DNA of 64,000 nucleotides from assembly GCA_051294375.1 (NCBI GenBank), contig CM119263.1, positions 15,974,532-16,038,531 on the forward strand, written 5' to 3'. Made by a program: the position numbers and the translations under genes. Positions 51,788 through 64,000 of this stretch are shown here, piece after piece. The number at the start of each line of letters is the position of its first letter. The first letter of the stretch is position 1. Source of the DNA: Paraspadella gotoi. Lineage: Eukaryota; Animalia; Chaetognatha. The notes under the pieces were generated by a model. It was not told the origin of the DNA. It was given only the letters and a program-made list of their open reading frames with translations, and ran no database searches.

Positions 51788-52124
51788 TTTTGCTCTTTAC
51801 CCATTTTTAATATCAAAAAATAAAAAATTTAAATTTTGCTCTTTACCCATTTAATATCAATAAAATAAATTTCAATTTTGCCTTACCCATTGTAATATCA
51901 ATAAATAAATTTAAAATTTTTGCTTTTTACCCATTTTAATTCAATAAATAAATTTAAATTTGCTCTTTACCCATTTTAATATCAAAAATAAATTTATAAT
52001 TTGCTCTTTACCCATTTTAATATCAATAAATAAAATTAAAATTTTGGCTTTTTTACCCATTTTAATCAATAAATAAATTTAAAATTTGCTCTTTACCATT
52101 TTAATATCAATAAATAAATTTAAA
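51788..52124. repeat. ~41-bp AT-rich minisatellite, 8 units, probably intronic
   Basis: Unit tttgctctttacccattttaatatcaataaataaatttaaa, repeated head-to-tail with no unique spacers. Confidence 0.95.
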
Positions 52125-52145
52125 TAAAAAAATTTTAAATCACAC

Positions 52146-52500
52146 CTGCAGATCCGAAATGGCGGTCGTCTTAATGCCTAAAGTATTCTCCGTATTGCTG
52201 GAAAGTTCTTCGGGGATGATTCCACGAGCGAGGTGGTGGACAAGGAGTGTCTCACTCCTCAAGAAAACCGTGATGTTCCCGAATTATTCCGGGAGTCTCT
52301 CGTTCTTGCTTTCCCGAATATACGATGCGGCTTTTTCCCTTCCATTAGACTTGATGGTTCTCCGGAAATGAAGACAGCCACTTCATTTCCCGAGGGCTGA
52401 AAACTGAATGGTGGTGACTGGGAGGGGGTGGTGGGAAGTTCCACAGAAATCTTCGAATATCGTCCATCGGCCTCTCTCCCTTTTCACGGCGATCAATCCA
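52146..52500 (-). CDS. Possible internal exon of the same minus-strand gene
   Basis: Ends ...NITVFLRSETLLVHHLARGIIPEELSSNTENTLGIKTTAISDLQ at CAG|GTGTGA (52146/52145). The upstream part lies in a shifted frame (ORF 52259..52444). Confidence 0.35.
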
Positions 52501-55500
52501 TAAATAACCTTATCACGTAACAAGTCTATGCCTTTTCATACTTTTAGATGTAGCGATTTTCAATCAATTGGCTTTCTATCAAGAATTTCTTATCTAGAAA
52601 ACAAGCTGAAGAGTAATTTTTAAAGTTGATCAACACTACCCCTATGGTTGTAAAAAGCAGACGGCAAAAAAAGCTCTATTAAATAAATAAATAAATTTAC
52701 TGTTTCATAATATAGTCATATTTTTGGATCCTTTATATAATTTTTTTTTTTTTTACTTAATGCCTTTATCAATATCTATTTAGGATGATATTTCGTTATT
52801 TCCAGAACCTTTCTCATTTCGGTTGGGTCTCTTCAAAACTCTCCGGCGACGATGACTTCGAACATCTCCAGTGTAGCTTCTCTGGATCCACTGGTTGTTT
52901 ATTGGAGTAGAAGGGGGCGGGGCCGCGTTGGTGGGCGATAAAGATATGAGTGCCTTTTTTTCTTCTATGCCTTTGGTTTTATCTCTTTATTTTTTTTATT
53001 CTTCTTAATCTTGTATTAAAATTCCTTCTTTTTTTTTTTCAAACCCTCATTTTTTTATCTTCTCTTTTTTCTTTTCTCACTCCACTTTTCCTCTCTTTCT
53101 CGTGCTTCTTCCTCATAGCGTACAGAGGCTGAGATGAGGCTTTAGCCAGCAGTATACTCGAACAAATCTGTTTTACAAAAAAAATTGTTTCTGAGATTCT
53201 AAATCCGATTTTTGTCCAGTTGTCGGGAGGAGATGATAGTCCGCGTGTCTTCTACCGAGAATGAGCAATTTTCAAACAAACTTTTTTTCCCAAATAAGTA
53301 AGTTAGAAATAACATAGAATCATAATGTAAAAAGATCAAACTATACATTATGCTAAACTCGAAGGGCCTGGAGAGAGACCACTTGGATTCTCTGGAGCTC
53401 TCCCCGACGTTCTTCTTATCTCCTCCCTACTCGCTGCGACAAGATGTCCTGCTAAGAAAATGTTTAGTCATTTTTAGACGCGGGTTTTCTTGTCGTTTCG
53501 TTAGTGATTTCTCTTTTTTTCTCTTTTTCTCTCTTAATCCTTATGAAATTGGATTACAACCAATATAAAAATATCTATTCATTTAATACATCACGCATAA
53601 AAACGTGGGAAAACGCGAAAAAGGAATAGTTTTAACGTTTACCGCGTTGGAATCGAGATTTCAGTCATCTGTTCTTCGTTTTATTAATTTCCCTAGATAT
53701 TTTTTTTTCGTTCGCTACGGAGAATTCAAGAGGATAAAAAGACCTTCAACTGGGTCTACTGAAATTTGAATGGATATGTCTTCACGGTATGGCCCGCAGC
53801 GAAATGAGAACAGTCTTTTTTTGAAAATCCTCAGAACGTATTTTAGTTGTTTTTTACTTTCCTTTTCGATAAAATCTGTCTTTTTATCATAACTTTTTTA
53901 GATTCTATTTGATACCGCGGACTCCAATAATCTGCTGACAAAGGTTTTTACAGCGGCAAACTATACCTTCATCAAGACATTTGCTTTGAAGAAATTTTTG
54001 AGGATCTCTTTTCTTTTCTTCTCCTCACTGTCTCTCTCTCACTCTCTCTAAATCTGATTATTCATCCTACTCATCTGGCTTCATCCTCCTCATCCTCCTC
54101 ATTCTACTTAACTCTCTTTTTTACATAGAAATGATTTGAATTTAGAATTGCAATGTCTAATAAAATAAACCAATCTTCCGATATTTGTGTAATAAAAATC
54201 TTTTTTTGCAATAGTAATTAGCGAATTAATGTTGGAAAAAACCATTTGACAAGGGGGAAAGAAGTTTTTAGAAAAAAAAATTAAGGAAAAGAAATTTAAA
54301 AAAATTATTTCTGAAATTTAAAAAACCGGTAAAGAAGATTTTTTCCGAAATCTGAGTGTGTGTTCATATTTCTATCCTTTGTTTTTTACTGCCTGATGCT
54401 GAATTGACACGGACCAAAACCTTAATTTGAATAAAGCCAATTTAATCGAACCAGAAGATATAACAAGTTTTTAATATGTTGTTTTACGAGTTGTTTATTG
54501 TGTTATTGAACAATCGGCACTATAACAATTACTTACACGTTGTATATTTAAAATAATCCGCATTTTATTGTCAATGTCAACTAATTTTTAGCGCCGCCTC
54601 CTAGAACCAACTCTGTTTTTCTCAGACCCCCCCCTGCGAGGTATTACGTTGGAGGACCCGAACACGGAGCAAACTTCCCAATTCTTACCGAAAGAGTCCT
54701 TCAGTTAGTCACTTCGTTTCGCTTCTCTCTTCTGTCACCAGCTGGCGTCTGTCTTCCTTCGCCCCGGCACAGCCCACCCTCTCTTCCTTAAATCCCGATC
54801 TCTCCAGTCCGGGTCAAACCCGGTCATCTATTCCCATAGGTGGTACTTTGTCGCGGGCAAATTGAGAGCGGGAAGGGGACGAGAGGAGAGAGAGCGGGAG
54901 AGGAGGGGGGCGGAGAAGGAGGAGAGGAGAGGGAGCGAGAGGATGGAGAGACGGTGGCGAGAGACGAGGAGAGGAACGGAGTGAGAAAGTTAAGGAGCAG
55001 GAGGAGAGGGAGTGGAGCGAGAGAGAGATGAGAAACGAGGAGCTGGAGGAGAGGTGGGGAGCGAGAGGAAGGAGGTGGAGAGAGGGGGAGGGAGCGGAGA
55101 GGAGAGAGATTGAGATGTTCGCTCTCAACAAGGTGGAGTGAACGGGAAGAGTGCGGGAGAGGGAGAGAGGAGGAGGAGAGAGAAGATGGGGATGGGGGAG
55201 AGAGCGAGCACAGAGAGAGACGAAGAGGGGTAAGGAGAGACCGTCGAGCAACGCGTGAAGAGAGAGCGGATAAGATGGGAGGAGGGAGAGGATGAGAGAG
55301 AGAGGAGATGAGAGAGAGAGAGAGAGAGAGAGTAGAATAGAGAAGGAGAGAAGAGACAGCCAACCGTTACAAAATGACTTTTATGGAAGCAGAGAGAGGA
55401 GAGAAAGAGACGGGCAGCGAGACAGTTTAAGACAGAAAGCGGAGAAAGACTCGATGAATACCTTTAAAAATATACATAGAGGGCAGTTTACTATATATAT

Positions 55501-55557
55501 TTACAACTTCTGAGCAGGAACGATACATTCCAAGCAATGTGAAATCGAGGAGAACGG

Positions 55558-55690
55558 TTTTTGAAATAAAAAAAAAACGCGCGCTGGAGCCGCCGCCAAT
55601 CAGGGATCAGACCTCGTGTCAAGCGGGATTCTGTGGGCGGAAACCGGGTAAAACAATAAAATTATACCGCAAACGCGCCAATGCGCCTGA
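55558..55690. promoter_or_regulatory. Promoter-like cluster (NF-Y CCAAT x2, GC box)
   Basis: GCCAATCAG at 55595-55603, GGGCGG at 55635-55640 and CCAAT at 55678-55682. Confidence 0.35.
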
Positions 55691-55769
55691 AGGCTTTTTT
55701 ATTAGGGGGGAAAGAGAGAGAGAGACGGGAGAGAGAGAGATGATGAGAGAGAGAGAGAGAGAGGGAGCA

Positions 55770-55800
<31 letters not shown>

Positions 55801-55971
55801 AGAAGAGAGAGAGAGCGAAGAGAGAGATAATCGAGAGGAAAAGCCGACACTGCCTTCGGCAGGACTCTTCATGTTCGACAGGCTCCTTGTTGATGTTAGG
55901 TTACTATGTTTCCTTGCGGAAATAATGATTCAGCCAGTTCTTTTTCATATTTCTCATCTTTTCAGCTCTGT

Positions 55972-56092
55972 GGCCCTAAGACCAAACGTGCTCCTAATGT
56001 TTGCACCAAGACCAGACGTGCGTTCGGCGNNNNNNNNNNNNNNNNNNNNNNNNNACGTGCTCCTAATGTTTGGCACCAAGACCAGACGTGCG
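55972..56092 (+). repeat. ~30-bp tandem motif duplicated across a 25-N gap
   Basis: acgtgctcctaatgtttg(g)caccaagaccagacgtgcgt occurs on both sides of the gap at 56030-56054. Confidence 0.85.
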
Positions 56093-58344
56093 TCTTTTTT
56101 TGTCAGTTGGGCCTCTCGTCGCGGTAGAGAATTCGCGTCCGCCATTACGGTGCGCGAGTTTGTGACGAAGCAGCGTCACAAAAGCGGTGACGTAAAGACG
56201 CCAAGCATAATAACGTGAGCCTCTTTGCGTGGCGCGAGTGGCGCGTCTGCATCGTCGCCGTTTCGATTACCCTTTTTCGGCCGCCAGAGAATTCATTCGC
56301 GGTTTCCTCGTTTCGTTACTTAACATCGTCGTTCGTTTCCGAATCCTTGGCTGACGTAATTTGGGTCACGATTCCCGGGAGACGAAATCTCGATCCTCGC
56401 TGTCGTTGTCTTCAAGATGGCGTTGTTGTGCTCATGCTCCCCATCTACCGGATATAATTTTAAACGAATGATTAATAAAACATGAACGTCGGTAGTCATC
56501 TGGCGTTGTCGTCGCTGTCTTTTTTCATTGCCGAGAACAATTTAAGACGAGAGAGAACGACATCGAATAGACATCGTCGTTGTTGTCGTGCTCGTTGTCG
56601 TCGCCAGGGTGGTCGTCGTCTAGGGCCTAGAATTAATCGGTTGTATTTATCATCGCAAACGTTGGGCGACGAAGATGAATTGGAAATGAAAGGAAGAAGG
56701 GAAGAAAGGAAAAGGAAGAAAAAAAGGAGGAAGGAGGAAAACAGAAGGACAAGCGACAAGATTCGGCGATGGGCGATGACACAGTCTGAGACGCGCCCAG
56801 AATCATTAACTAGAAAGAGAGAGAGAGAGAGAGANNNNNNNNNNNNNNNNNNNNNNNNNNNNNNNNNNNNNNNNNNNNNNNNNNNNNNNNNNNNNNNNNN
56901 NNNNNNNNNNNNNNNNNNNNNNNNNNNNNNNNNNNNNNNNNNNNNNNNNNNNNNNNNNNNNNNNNNNNNNNNNNNNNNNNNNNNNNNNNNNNNNNNNNNN
57001 NNNNNNNNNNNNNNNAAATTCGTCTGTGAAATCGGTTTTTTTTCGTGACTTCGATTAGCGGCGGAAAAATGTAAAAGCTTGTTGACATGTTTACAGCGAT
57101 ATTATACAGTTCCAGCATAGACTTCATAATTGCCTTGTCTATCATTACTTAAACTTAATTAAGACCAAAAAACCAAAAAAAGAATCAAATCGTGTCAGCG
57201 GAAAATCTGGTTGTCATTTAAGTCTTTCTTTCTTCGCAGACACAAAATTTTTCCATCGAAAATCGAAGTCGTTTAATTGGATTAGGTGACTTGGAAAAGC
57301 GACTGTGAACCAAATCCTGTCTGCCTAAGTTATAAAACGTTCCTTTGCCCCTCTCTTCTTTTTTTCCTCTTTATTTGTCAATTTCATTTCGAAGTTATCA
57401 TTTTAAATATATTTATAAAGGATCGTGTTTATAAAATTCGAATAACGATCGTAAACTCAATTTTATCAGGGCCATTTTTTTAGAGACACATCCTTCGAAA
57501 AACAATTTTCGCTTCTCTTTGCTTTTTATCAAAAGCCCTTCCCTTCGAATCACATCACATCAATTCACCGGCGCCAAAAAAAAATGGCGACCTTTTCAAT
57601 ATTTTTACTTCGCCTCACTTCTCTCCCTCTCCTAATTCCCAAGTCCCAAAGTCCCTAGGCCACCCGTTTCACAAGCGACAAACTTCAAAGGTTTTTTCCC
57701 TTAAAAAGTCAAATTTTTTAAAAACTTTATGACTGGAAATCTTGAGGAATTCCTAGTAAATTGCGACTTGAGATAAATTTTCATTTTTATTCTGGTTCAC
57801 CCCCCCTGGTCAATATTTGGTGGAAGGTGACGTTGCACAACTGCACAACTGCTAAGAAGTAAGGACCAAATTATCAATGAATAGAAATCGCTCTGCAGTC
57901 GGCACTTTCTAAGCTCTGCACTTCATTCTTCCACTCAGTTTGGCAGTTTGCTACAGCCTTTCTCGTTAACTTCCGAGTCGAAGCCCTAACCAATTACAAC
58001 CGCCCCTCACCAAAGCCGCTATTTTATTTGGCGCATTTTTCCTTGACGTTGCATTCCTCGCCGATATTTTGTGAGGCCCTGAGGCGAATCCCGATATTTC
58101 TTTACCCTGGATTACGGTTTTACGGGACTCTCTCAAAAGTTAAACCTCTTTTTATTGTCCTGCTGTTCCCCGTTTCAACTACAGATCAACAAGCCTGTAC
58201 GGCTTTTTTAGTCTGGATTCCCCATGAAAAACCCAGATGTCATGTAATGCCAATGGAAAACAATTTTCATAACAGGTTTTTTTTTTTTAAATTCCAATCA
58301 ATATGATAATAATTTGGTATTCCTATTTAAAACATAAAATTATC

Positions 58345-58649
58345 AAAATAAATTTAGATCATAAATCCAATGGGTTGCGCCGCAGTAACTTTCTTAGCCT
58401 TTGTATTTAAATATATTTATAACACCTATTGCATCGGAATCTTTTAATCTTAGGATTTCCTGAAGGAGGTCACTTAAATTTGAGGTTTTTTCCTTTCTTA
58501 ACAAATGGGCAACCAACAATAGGCGAGTTATGAGCATTTTTAACGTAAGTGGGACAGACCGACAGACAGACATACCGACCGACTTACCGACCCACCGACC
58601 GAAAAGGCACTTATAGAGTTGCTCCGCTACTCGCGGCGCAACTAAAAAT
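58345..58649 (-). mobile_element. HINE / DINE-1-like element; independent, internally deleted copy
   Basis: Minus strand: TTTTTAGTTGCGCCGCGAGTAGCGGAGCAACTCTATAAG, a (GTCG/GTCT) microsatellite, then GCGGCGCAAC (perfect 10-bp subterminal inverted repeat, 58374-58383 vs 58633-58642), then the palindrome ATTTATGATCTAAAT and a T-rich end. Its flanks differ from those in copies A, B, D and E. Confidence 0.8.
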
Positions 58650-58698
58650 ACAAATTCTTCTTTGGAGCAAATGGATTTCAGGAGGAGAAAGAGAGATT

Positions 58699-58781
<83 letters not shown>

Positions 58782-59237
58782 AGAGAGAGCGAGTTAGCGA
58801 AATGATAAATACACTGGATCCCCAGATTTGTCAGTATGGGCCTCGGTTGGTTCCCCACATCCATGAGAAATACGCTTTGTGTGCCCATTATACTGGCAGG
58901 AGTTTGGATTCGTTTGGGTTGAGTTTTGTCTTGGCTTTGTGTCGTCGTCGTCGTGAGAAAAAATATCGCAATTACTAGTAGTTTCATTCTGATGTCGCGC
59001 CATGGTGAGGGGGTGGTAAAATTGGTCGATTCGTACAAAAAGGAGAATATTTTATAGTGGATAATTAAGTCAGTATTCATTAGTCGACAATTATACCTGC
59101 CATACCGGTAAGTAATGAAATATCAAAATGTCCTTTTAAAATTAAAGCTAAACAGAGAACGAGATCGATGACCGGAAGACGATTCTTGTGACAACTACGA
59201 TGAAGACCGAAATAATGAAAACGATGATAATTATGCT

Positions 59238-59253
59238 GATAATAATAATAATA

Positions 59254-59286
<33 letters not shown>
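59238..59286. repeat. Compound (AAT)n(GAT)n microsatellite
   Basis: Read directly. Confidence 0.9.
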
Positions 59287-59548
59287 TTAGTGATAGTCAC
59301 CTTCTGCTTCGCTCCTTACTTTTGAGTTAGAGCGCGTTCAACCTTTTAGACATTAAATCTTCTTAGGCTATTCCTGCCCCCGTTTCTCCCCCACCTATCT
59401 CTCTATCTCTCTCTATCTCTCTCTCATTTCTCACTAACTCTTCGCCTCCCCTCGGCGCTATACTTTAAGTAACAGCGTTCGCGACCTTCAATACATAAAA
59501 CCTCCTCGTTTCCCTTCGGGGTTAACTGTCGCGCGAGCGCATAAAAAA

Positions 59549-59597
<49 letters not shown>

Positions 59598-61611
59598 CTC
59601 TCTCATCTCTACTCTTCTCTTCATTGATGTACTTTGCGTCATTAAATGTCGAAACCAGGCCGCAGTGTGATATGGTCACCGCGACGCGTCTTTGGTCAAT
59701 TTGGTCAACGCGCAACTTGGTCGTTGACTTCGCTTCGTTTAAAATTCTATTTGCAACAAAAGTCAAAGTTCTATCAGCGAATTGTATTGAGAACAGATGC
59801 TTTTGGCCGTTAAGCCTTCAGTTAAATTATACTTTAATCCCAGATAGTAACGTTATTTCTAGATTTTATTATTTTCTAGAAAAAGTTATGGGTAATAATT
59901 GAAAAAATACCGTCAAAATAAACATTTTTAATTGCCCAAATGAAAAATTGAATCCTTTCGAACGGAAAAGATTTTCTCTCCCTATTTGCTCTCCATCTCT
60001 CGATCTCTCTACTCCAGCGCTTCGCCGGAGCGGACTCTTAACATTATCTTCGTGGGTTCGAACCTTAATTAAGACCTTTTGACGAAGACGAACGGTTTTC
60101 GAGGGGGACTTCCTCCCTTCGTTTCTCCATCGCCTGTCTCCCCAGTCTCCCTCCCGATATATTCCGCTCTTCAAATCTTTAACGCTCTTTCAGCCATCCC
60201 CCCGCCCGAAACCCTTCCCCTCCTCAAACTTGGCACACTCCTTACTTTTTTTTTAGGTTTTATTGAGAATTTGGGAATGGCGAAATAACCTTTATATCGT
60301 CAAGAAGGCGTTCGAGATAAAAAGGAAAGAAAATAAAGAGAATTTCGTCGAGAGAGAGAGAGAGAGAGGGAGGGAGAGGAGTGTAAAAGTGGGAGAGGAT
60401 TTTGGGGAGGAAAGAAAGTTGTTTGAGAGATATCAAGGGTGGTAGAGGGTGAAATAGATACGTACATTATTACCACTTTAAGTGTTTCTCGAAGATGGAA
60501 ATTTCATGCAAACTTCGTCACCAAGAAAATCGCTGATTCGGTTCGTTTCGCGGTCTAACGTCTTGGACGAAAAACCCAGGACTCTGGACCTAGGGCTTTG
60601 GACTTAATGCTCAGAAACTTACTCAGTAGATTACAAAATTATTATTGGTAAAAGTCTAAAATATTCTTATGTAGAAACTGAGATTAAGATGTTAAAAACT
60701 GATGAAAACTCAGGAAAACTTGCTCTATTTCACAGACCACAGTATTTAGACCTTGGAACTTATTGGAGCTCTGCGAAACTCTGGATGCCAGACTGACGGA
60801 TACTCTCCGGACGGTCCGGCTGAAAATATCCATTTGGACGAGAAGCAGAGGTCGCCTCGTACGCGAATATTAGATTCGCTTCGCCCGCCAGAAAAAAAAA
60901 TGAGAACCTTCTTTTTGGGGTTTAATCGACCGCTGCTCGACCCTACGTCCCCTCTCCCCCGAATTCTCTTAACTTTGGTCCCTTCGCTCCTTTTCTCATA
61001 ACTCAACTTCTTTCCTCTCATCTCTTATTTTCCCCGACATTAAATATCCTCGTCTTTATATATGTATCCTCATCTTTTTTTTTCGCCGTTTCTTCCTCGT
61101 TGTCGTTTTTAGTTTTCCCGTTTTCCCCTCTTTCGTATTTCTCTTTTTTTTTCTCCCCTTTTTTCCCCTCATTTTCAACAGCGGAAAAAGAGGTTCCGTA
61201 TATTAGTCTTTTGTTTGTTTCTTTTCTCCCCACTTTTCTCCGAAGGAAACGACCTTGCTCGCGCTTTTTAGTCCCGAGAGACGCCTCTTCGTCTTTATCT
61301 TTCGTCTTTGCCCGATTCGTCTTCATCTTCGACGTCGACGTCATCTCTACTCTAGTGGTTATTTCTTTTTTCTATATATGTATTCGTAATACCGTTGTAT
61401 TCTCTCATTTTAGTCTCAGTCGACGAGTGTCTAGGTCTTCCGATCAATTCTGTCAATGTCAATGTCAATTGTCAAATGTCAATTCTTTATTATAAACAAT
61501 GTCTACTCTAACATTTCGTAAAGATTTGATTCTTCTCTCGTTTTGATTTATTCATCGATCGTTTTTCTTCTACTGGATTTTGAGACAAAATGTGAAAGAA
61601 AGAGTAAAGTA

Positions 61612-61809
61612 CAAAGACGATGACTGACAAAGAGGCCAACGATCACAAAGGCAAGGGCCAGGACTAGGACTGTCAGAGATGAGGAGGACAAAGACAAGGC
61701 CGAAGACAAAGACGAGAGAGAAGACGAAGAAAGATTTCCCGTCGATGGCGTCGAGGAATACATTTTCGCCTCGACTCCTCGGCGGGGAAACGCCTTAATT
61801 TTCCGTAGA
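61612..61809 (+). CDS. Possible exon encoding an acidic D/E/K-rich stretch
   Basis: Reads RDEEDKDKAEDKDEREDEERFPVDGVEEYIFASTPRRGNALIFRR up to a |GTAAGT donor at 61810. The 5' boundary is unclear. Confidence 0.3.
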
Positions 61810-62637
61810 GTAAGTGGTCGCTCGTGACCTGCGTAGTAACCTCTCTCTCTATCTCTCTCCGACGTTAGCATCCGAGAAGCGAGAACGAGGAGCGCTGATA
61901 AAGTGAGAAAGCGTATAAGATATAAAACGATAAAGTGATAAATTGATAATGCGATGAACTGATGAACCCGAGAGAGCGCGCGGGCCGAGTTCATAAATAG
62001 GCCCTTCATAGTCAACACTGTTTTTTTTTCTTTCACGAGTAAAAAAAAACTTAGTTTTTTTTCAGACTTTTCGAGTTTTAAAGTTTTAAGCGCAGAAAAA
62101 AAAGTCGTTAAAAAACGAAGCAGCGACAAATTGAACTCTTTTCTTTTTGGGCAAAGTGCCGAGTTATGCAGTTGGCGAAAAAGCAATCGAGCGATGCAGT
62201 TAGAAGAAAACAGTCGCGCGATGCAACTGGTTAAAAAGGAAGGGAAAAAGTGCAGAATGTGAAAAAAGTTCGTTAAAGAAAGCAGTTGTAGGTATACGTG
62301 AGATCCGTAATCCACTTTAACTTATAATTGTCAACAAAACAATTCCATAAAACGCCATTCGGGTAGACAATAAATGTTTATGCGAGTAGTAATAATAAAT
62401 ATTAAGTTATTATTCCTCAGAAAAGGCCTGTATTTGCTCCGTTGTTATGTCGAATATAGTTGACAAAACAGTAAACGTACATCAACATTGATTCGTCAAA
62501 GGGATCGTTTAAGACGTCTACAGAGAAACGTTTTTTACGTCGAGAATTGTTCACATCAGGTTTACGGTTGTCGTTAAGGACAGAGATCCTCTTGCTTTTT
62601 TCTGTCTATCTAACGCTTTCTTTCACTTTATTTCTTT

Positions 62638-62693
<56 letters not shown>

Positions 62694-63074
62694 ACACCCG
62701 ATATCCTGGCACAATCTCCCTTTCCCCAAGTTTTTCTCTTGTACCGGGGTAGCTTAGTCTCTGGATGTCTTTTATTAGGCTCTTAGAGTTCCTCTCAAAT
62801 CTAATCAGGAAAAACGACGGATTTTTTTTTCTCTTTCTCTCTGCCTCTCCTTTTTTTTCGTCCCCTTTTTCTAGCGCTTTTTCCTTGGAGGGATGGTTAT
62901 ATGCGTCCCCTGGCTGCAAGAAGGTTTTTTTTTTATTGTCTTCAACAGTCCCGCAGTTAAGTGAGACTGAGCGGTTGTCGCCGACGACCCACAAAAGGGA
63001 GCAAATTTGTTTGCGATGTAAAAAAGGGAAGTCGGCGATTGAACAATATGTATAATGATGATGATGATTCAATG

Positions 63075-63107
<33 letters not shown>

Positions 63108-63129
63108 AAACGGTTTGTTTTTCTCAGCC

Positions 63130-63512
63130 CCGTTGGAGGATTCAACTCGGAGACAGTAAGGAGGGATTTTATTAGACAAGAAATCAGCAGTCAGCAGTTT
63201 GTTTCCCATTGAGCCGGTGGAGTCGGGATGGAAGGGGGGCTGGGGGTCGAGGAAGCGGCCGGTGGATAAGTTGGTCGTTGGCAAAAGAATTCGGGACAGA
63301 GCTGCCGCACCCCGGGACTTAGGAGATCCTGTGGAAGGCAGCGGCGTAATCAGGGTGGGGCCTGCGGATGAGCAGTTGGACCGGTAATCCTGGCGGCGGA
63401 GGATCGAACCTCTTAAAATTGAGCGAAGGGGATGGTGAGGAAAGGAAAAGGCTGTCAGCCTGAGGGTGTTGCAGCCAAGGATCAAAGCCCCCTCCAGACA
63501 GCTTTAAGGGCC
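63130..63512 (-). CDS. Possible Pro/Ser-rich exon, unknown product
   Basis: GC-rich island between two GA microsatellites, with overlapping open frames 63069..63485 and 63319..63702. Confidence 0.25.
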
Positions 63513-63566
63513 AGATGGACTTTTGTTTTTGTTGTTTGGGGGTTTTAGAAGAGAGAGAGAGAAGAG

Positions 63567-63651
<85 letters not shown>

Positions 63652-63931
63652 TAGAGAGATAATGAAATTGGAAAAAACAGAAGCATCGCCTTTTTGATCC
63701 ATTTTTAAACCTCACCAGCCTAATCCACCACTTTAGTTCTCCTCTCCGACAAAGGTTTAGTTATTTTTTATTTATTTATTTATTTCGTTTTTCACGGCAC
63801 CGTTTCGTCATTAATATTCAGCAGCGGGGGACGCGACGTCGCCGAGCCAAAGCCGGAGAGAGAGAGAGAGATTTCCTGTCGCGGAAAGATAAAGCGTCCG
63901 AGCCTTTTCCCAGTTTCAAAAGTCAGCCCGG

Positions 63932-63932
<1 letters not shown>

Positions 63933-63972
<40 letters not shown>
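63933..63972. repeat. Poly(T) run, 40 nt
   Basis: Read directly. It is the longest homopolymer in the window. Confidence 0.95.
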
Positions 63973-63975
<3 letters not shown>

Positions 63976-64000
63976 GGAGAGAAAATCGTTATTTTACTGC

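Noticed and set aside
51788-52124. 41-bp array as a CRISPR array or iteron origin
   Set aside because: Pure tandem minisatellite; variation between units is limited to homopolymer-length noise.
60010-60070. GGTTCGAACC B-box as a tRNA or tRNA-derived SINE
   Set aside because: No matching A-box, acceptor stem or cloverleaf could be built.
61548-62315. 255-aa minus-strand hydrophobic ORF
   Set aside because: It has a non-ATG start and an F/L/S bias from A-rich plus-strand sequence, and partly shadows a more plausible plus-strand acidic exon.

Overview
Eukaryotic (probably invertebrate animal) draft-assembly sequence. It is AT-rich, dense in (GA/CT)n microsatellites and has GT-AG splice signals. 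There are 12 N-gaps, seven of them exactly 25 N, and heavy indel noise typical of uncorrected long reads. About half the window is redundant. One ~8 kb locus recurs in alternating orientation: A 9440-17364 (+), B 17939-25845 (-), C 25846-26798 (+, partial), D 28141-32447 (-, partial), E 32448-38854 (+, partial). Several shorter direct duplications lie near 25-N gaps. The most economical explanation is fold-back chimeras from whole-genome amplification plus long-read gap overfilling, not real amplification, but only raw reads can settle this. Recognisable biology: (i) a Ty3/Gypsy gag-protease fragment with a CHCC knuckle, a GGGAAAC slippery site plus stem-loop and a DGG protease motif (26824-27900, -); (ii) a Helentron/DINE-1-like non-autonomous element (HINE) inside the repeated locus, plus an independent shorter copy at 58345-58649; (iii) a candidate minus-strand gene with many FxF motifs and a 51-bp (17-aa) tandem repeat, head-to-head across a perfect GTCACGTGAC box with (iv) a clean 587-codon S/P/T/H/Q-rich coding exon (39326-41086) ending in a UVR-like helical hairpin; (v) a possible Penelope GIY-YIG remnant, promoter-like motif clusters and several unassignable exons. 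I found no rRNA, tRNA or CRISPR array, can support no gene symbol, and cannot claim a new biological system from this sequence.
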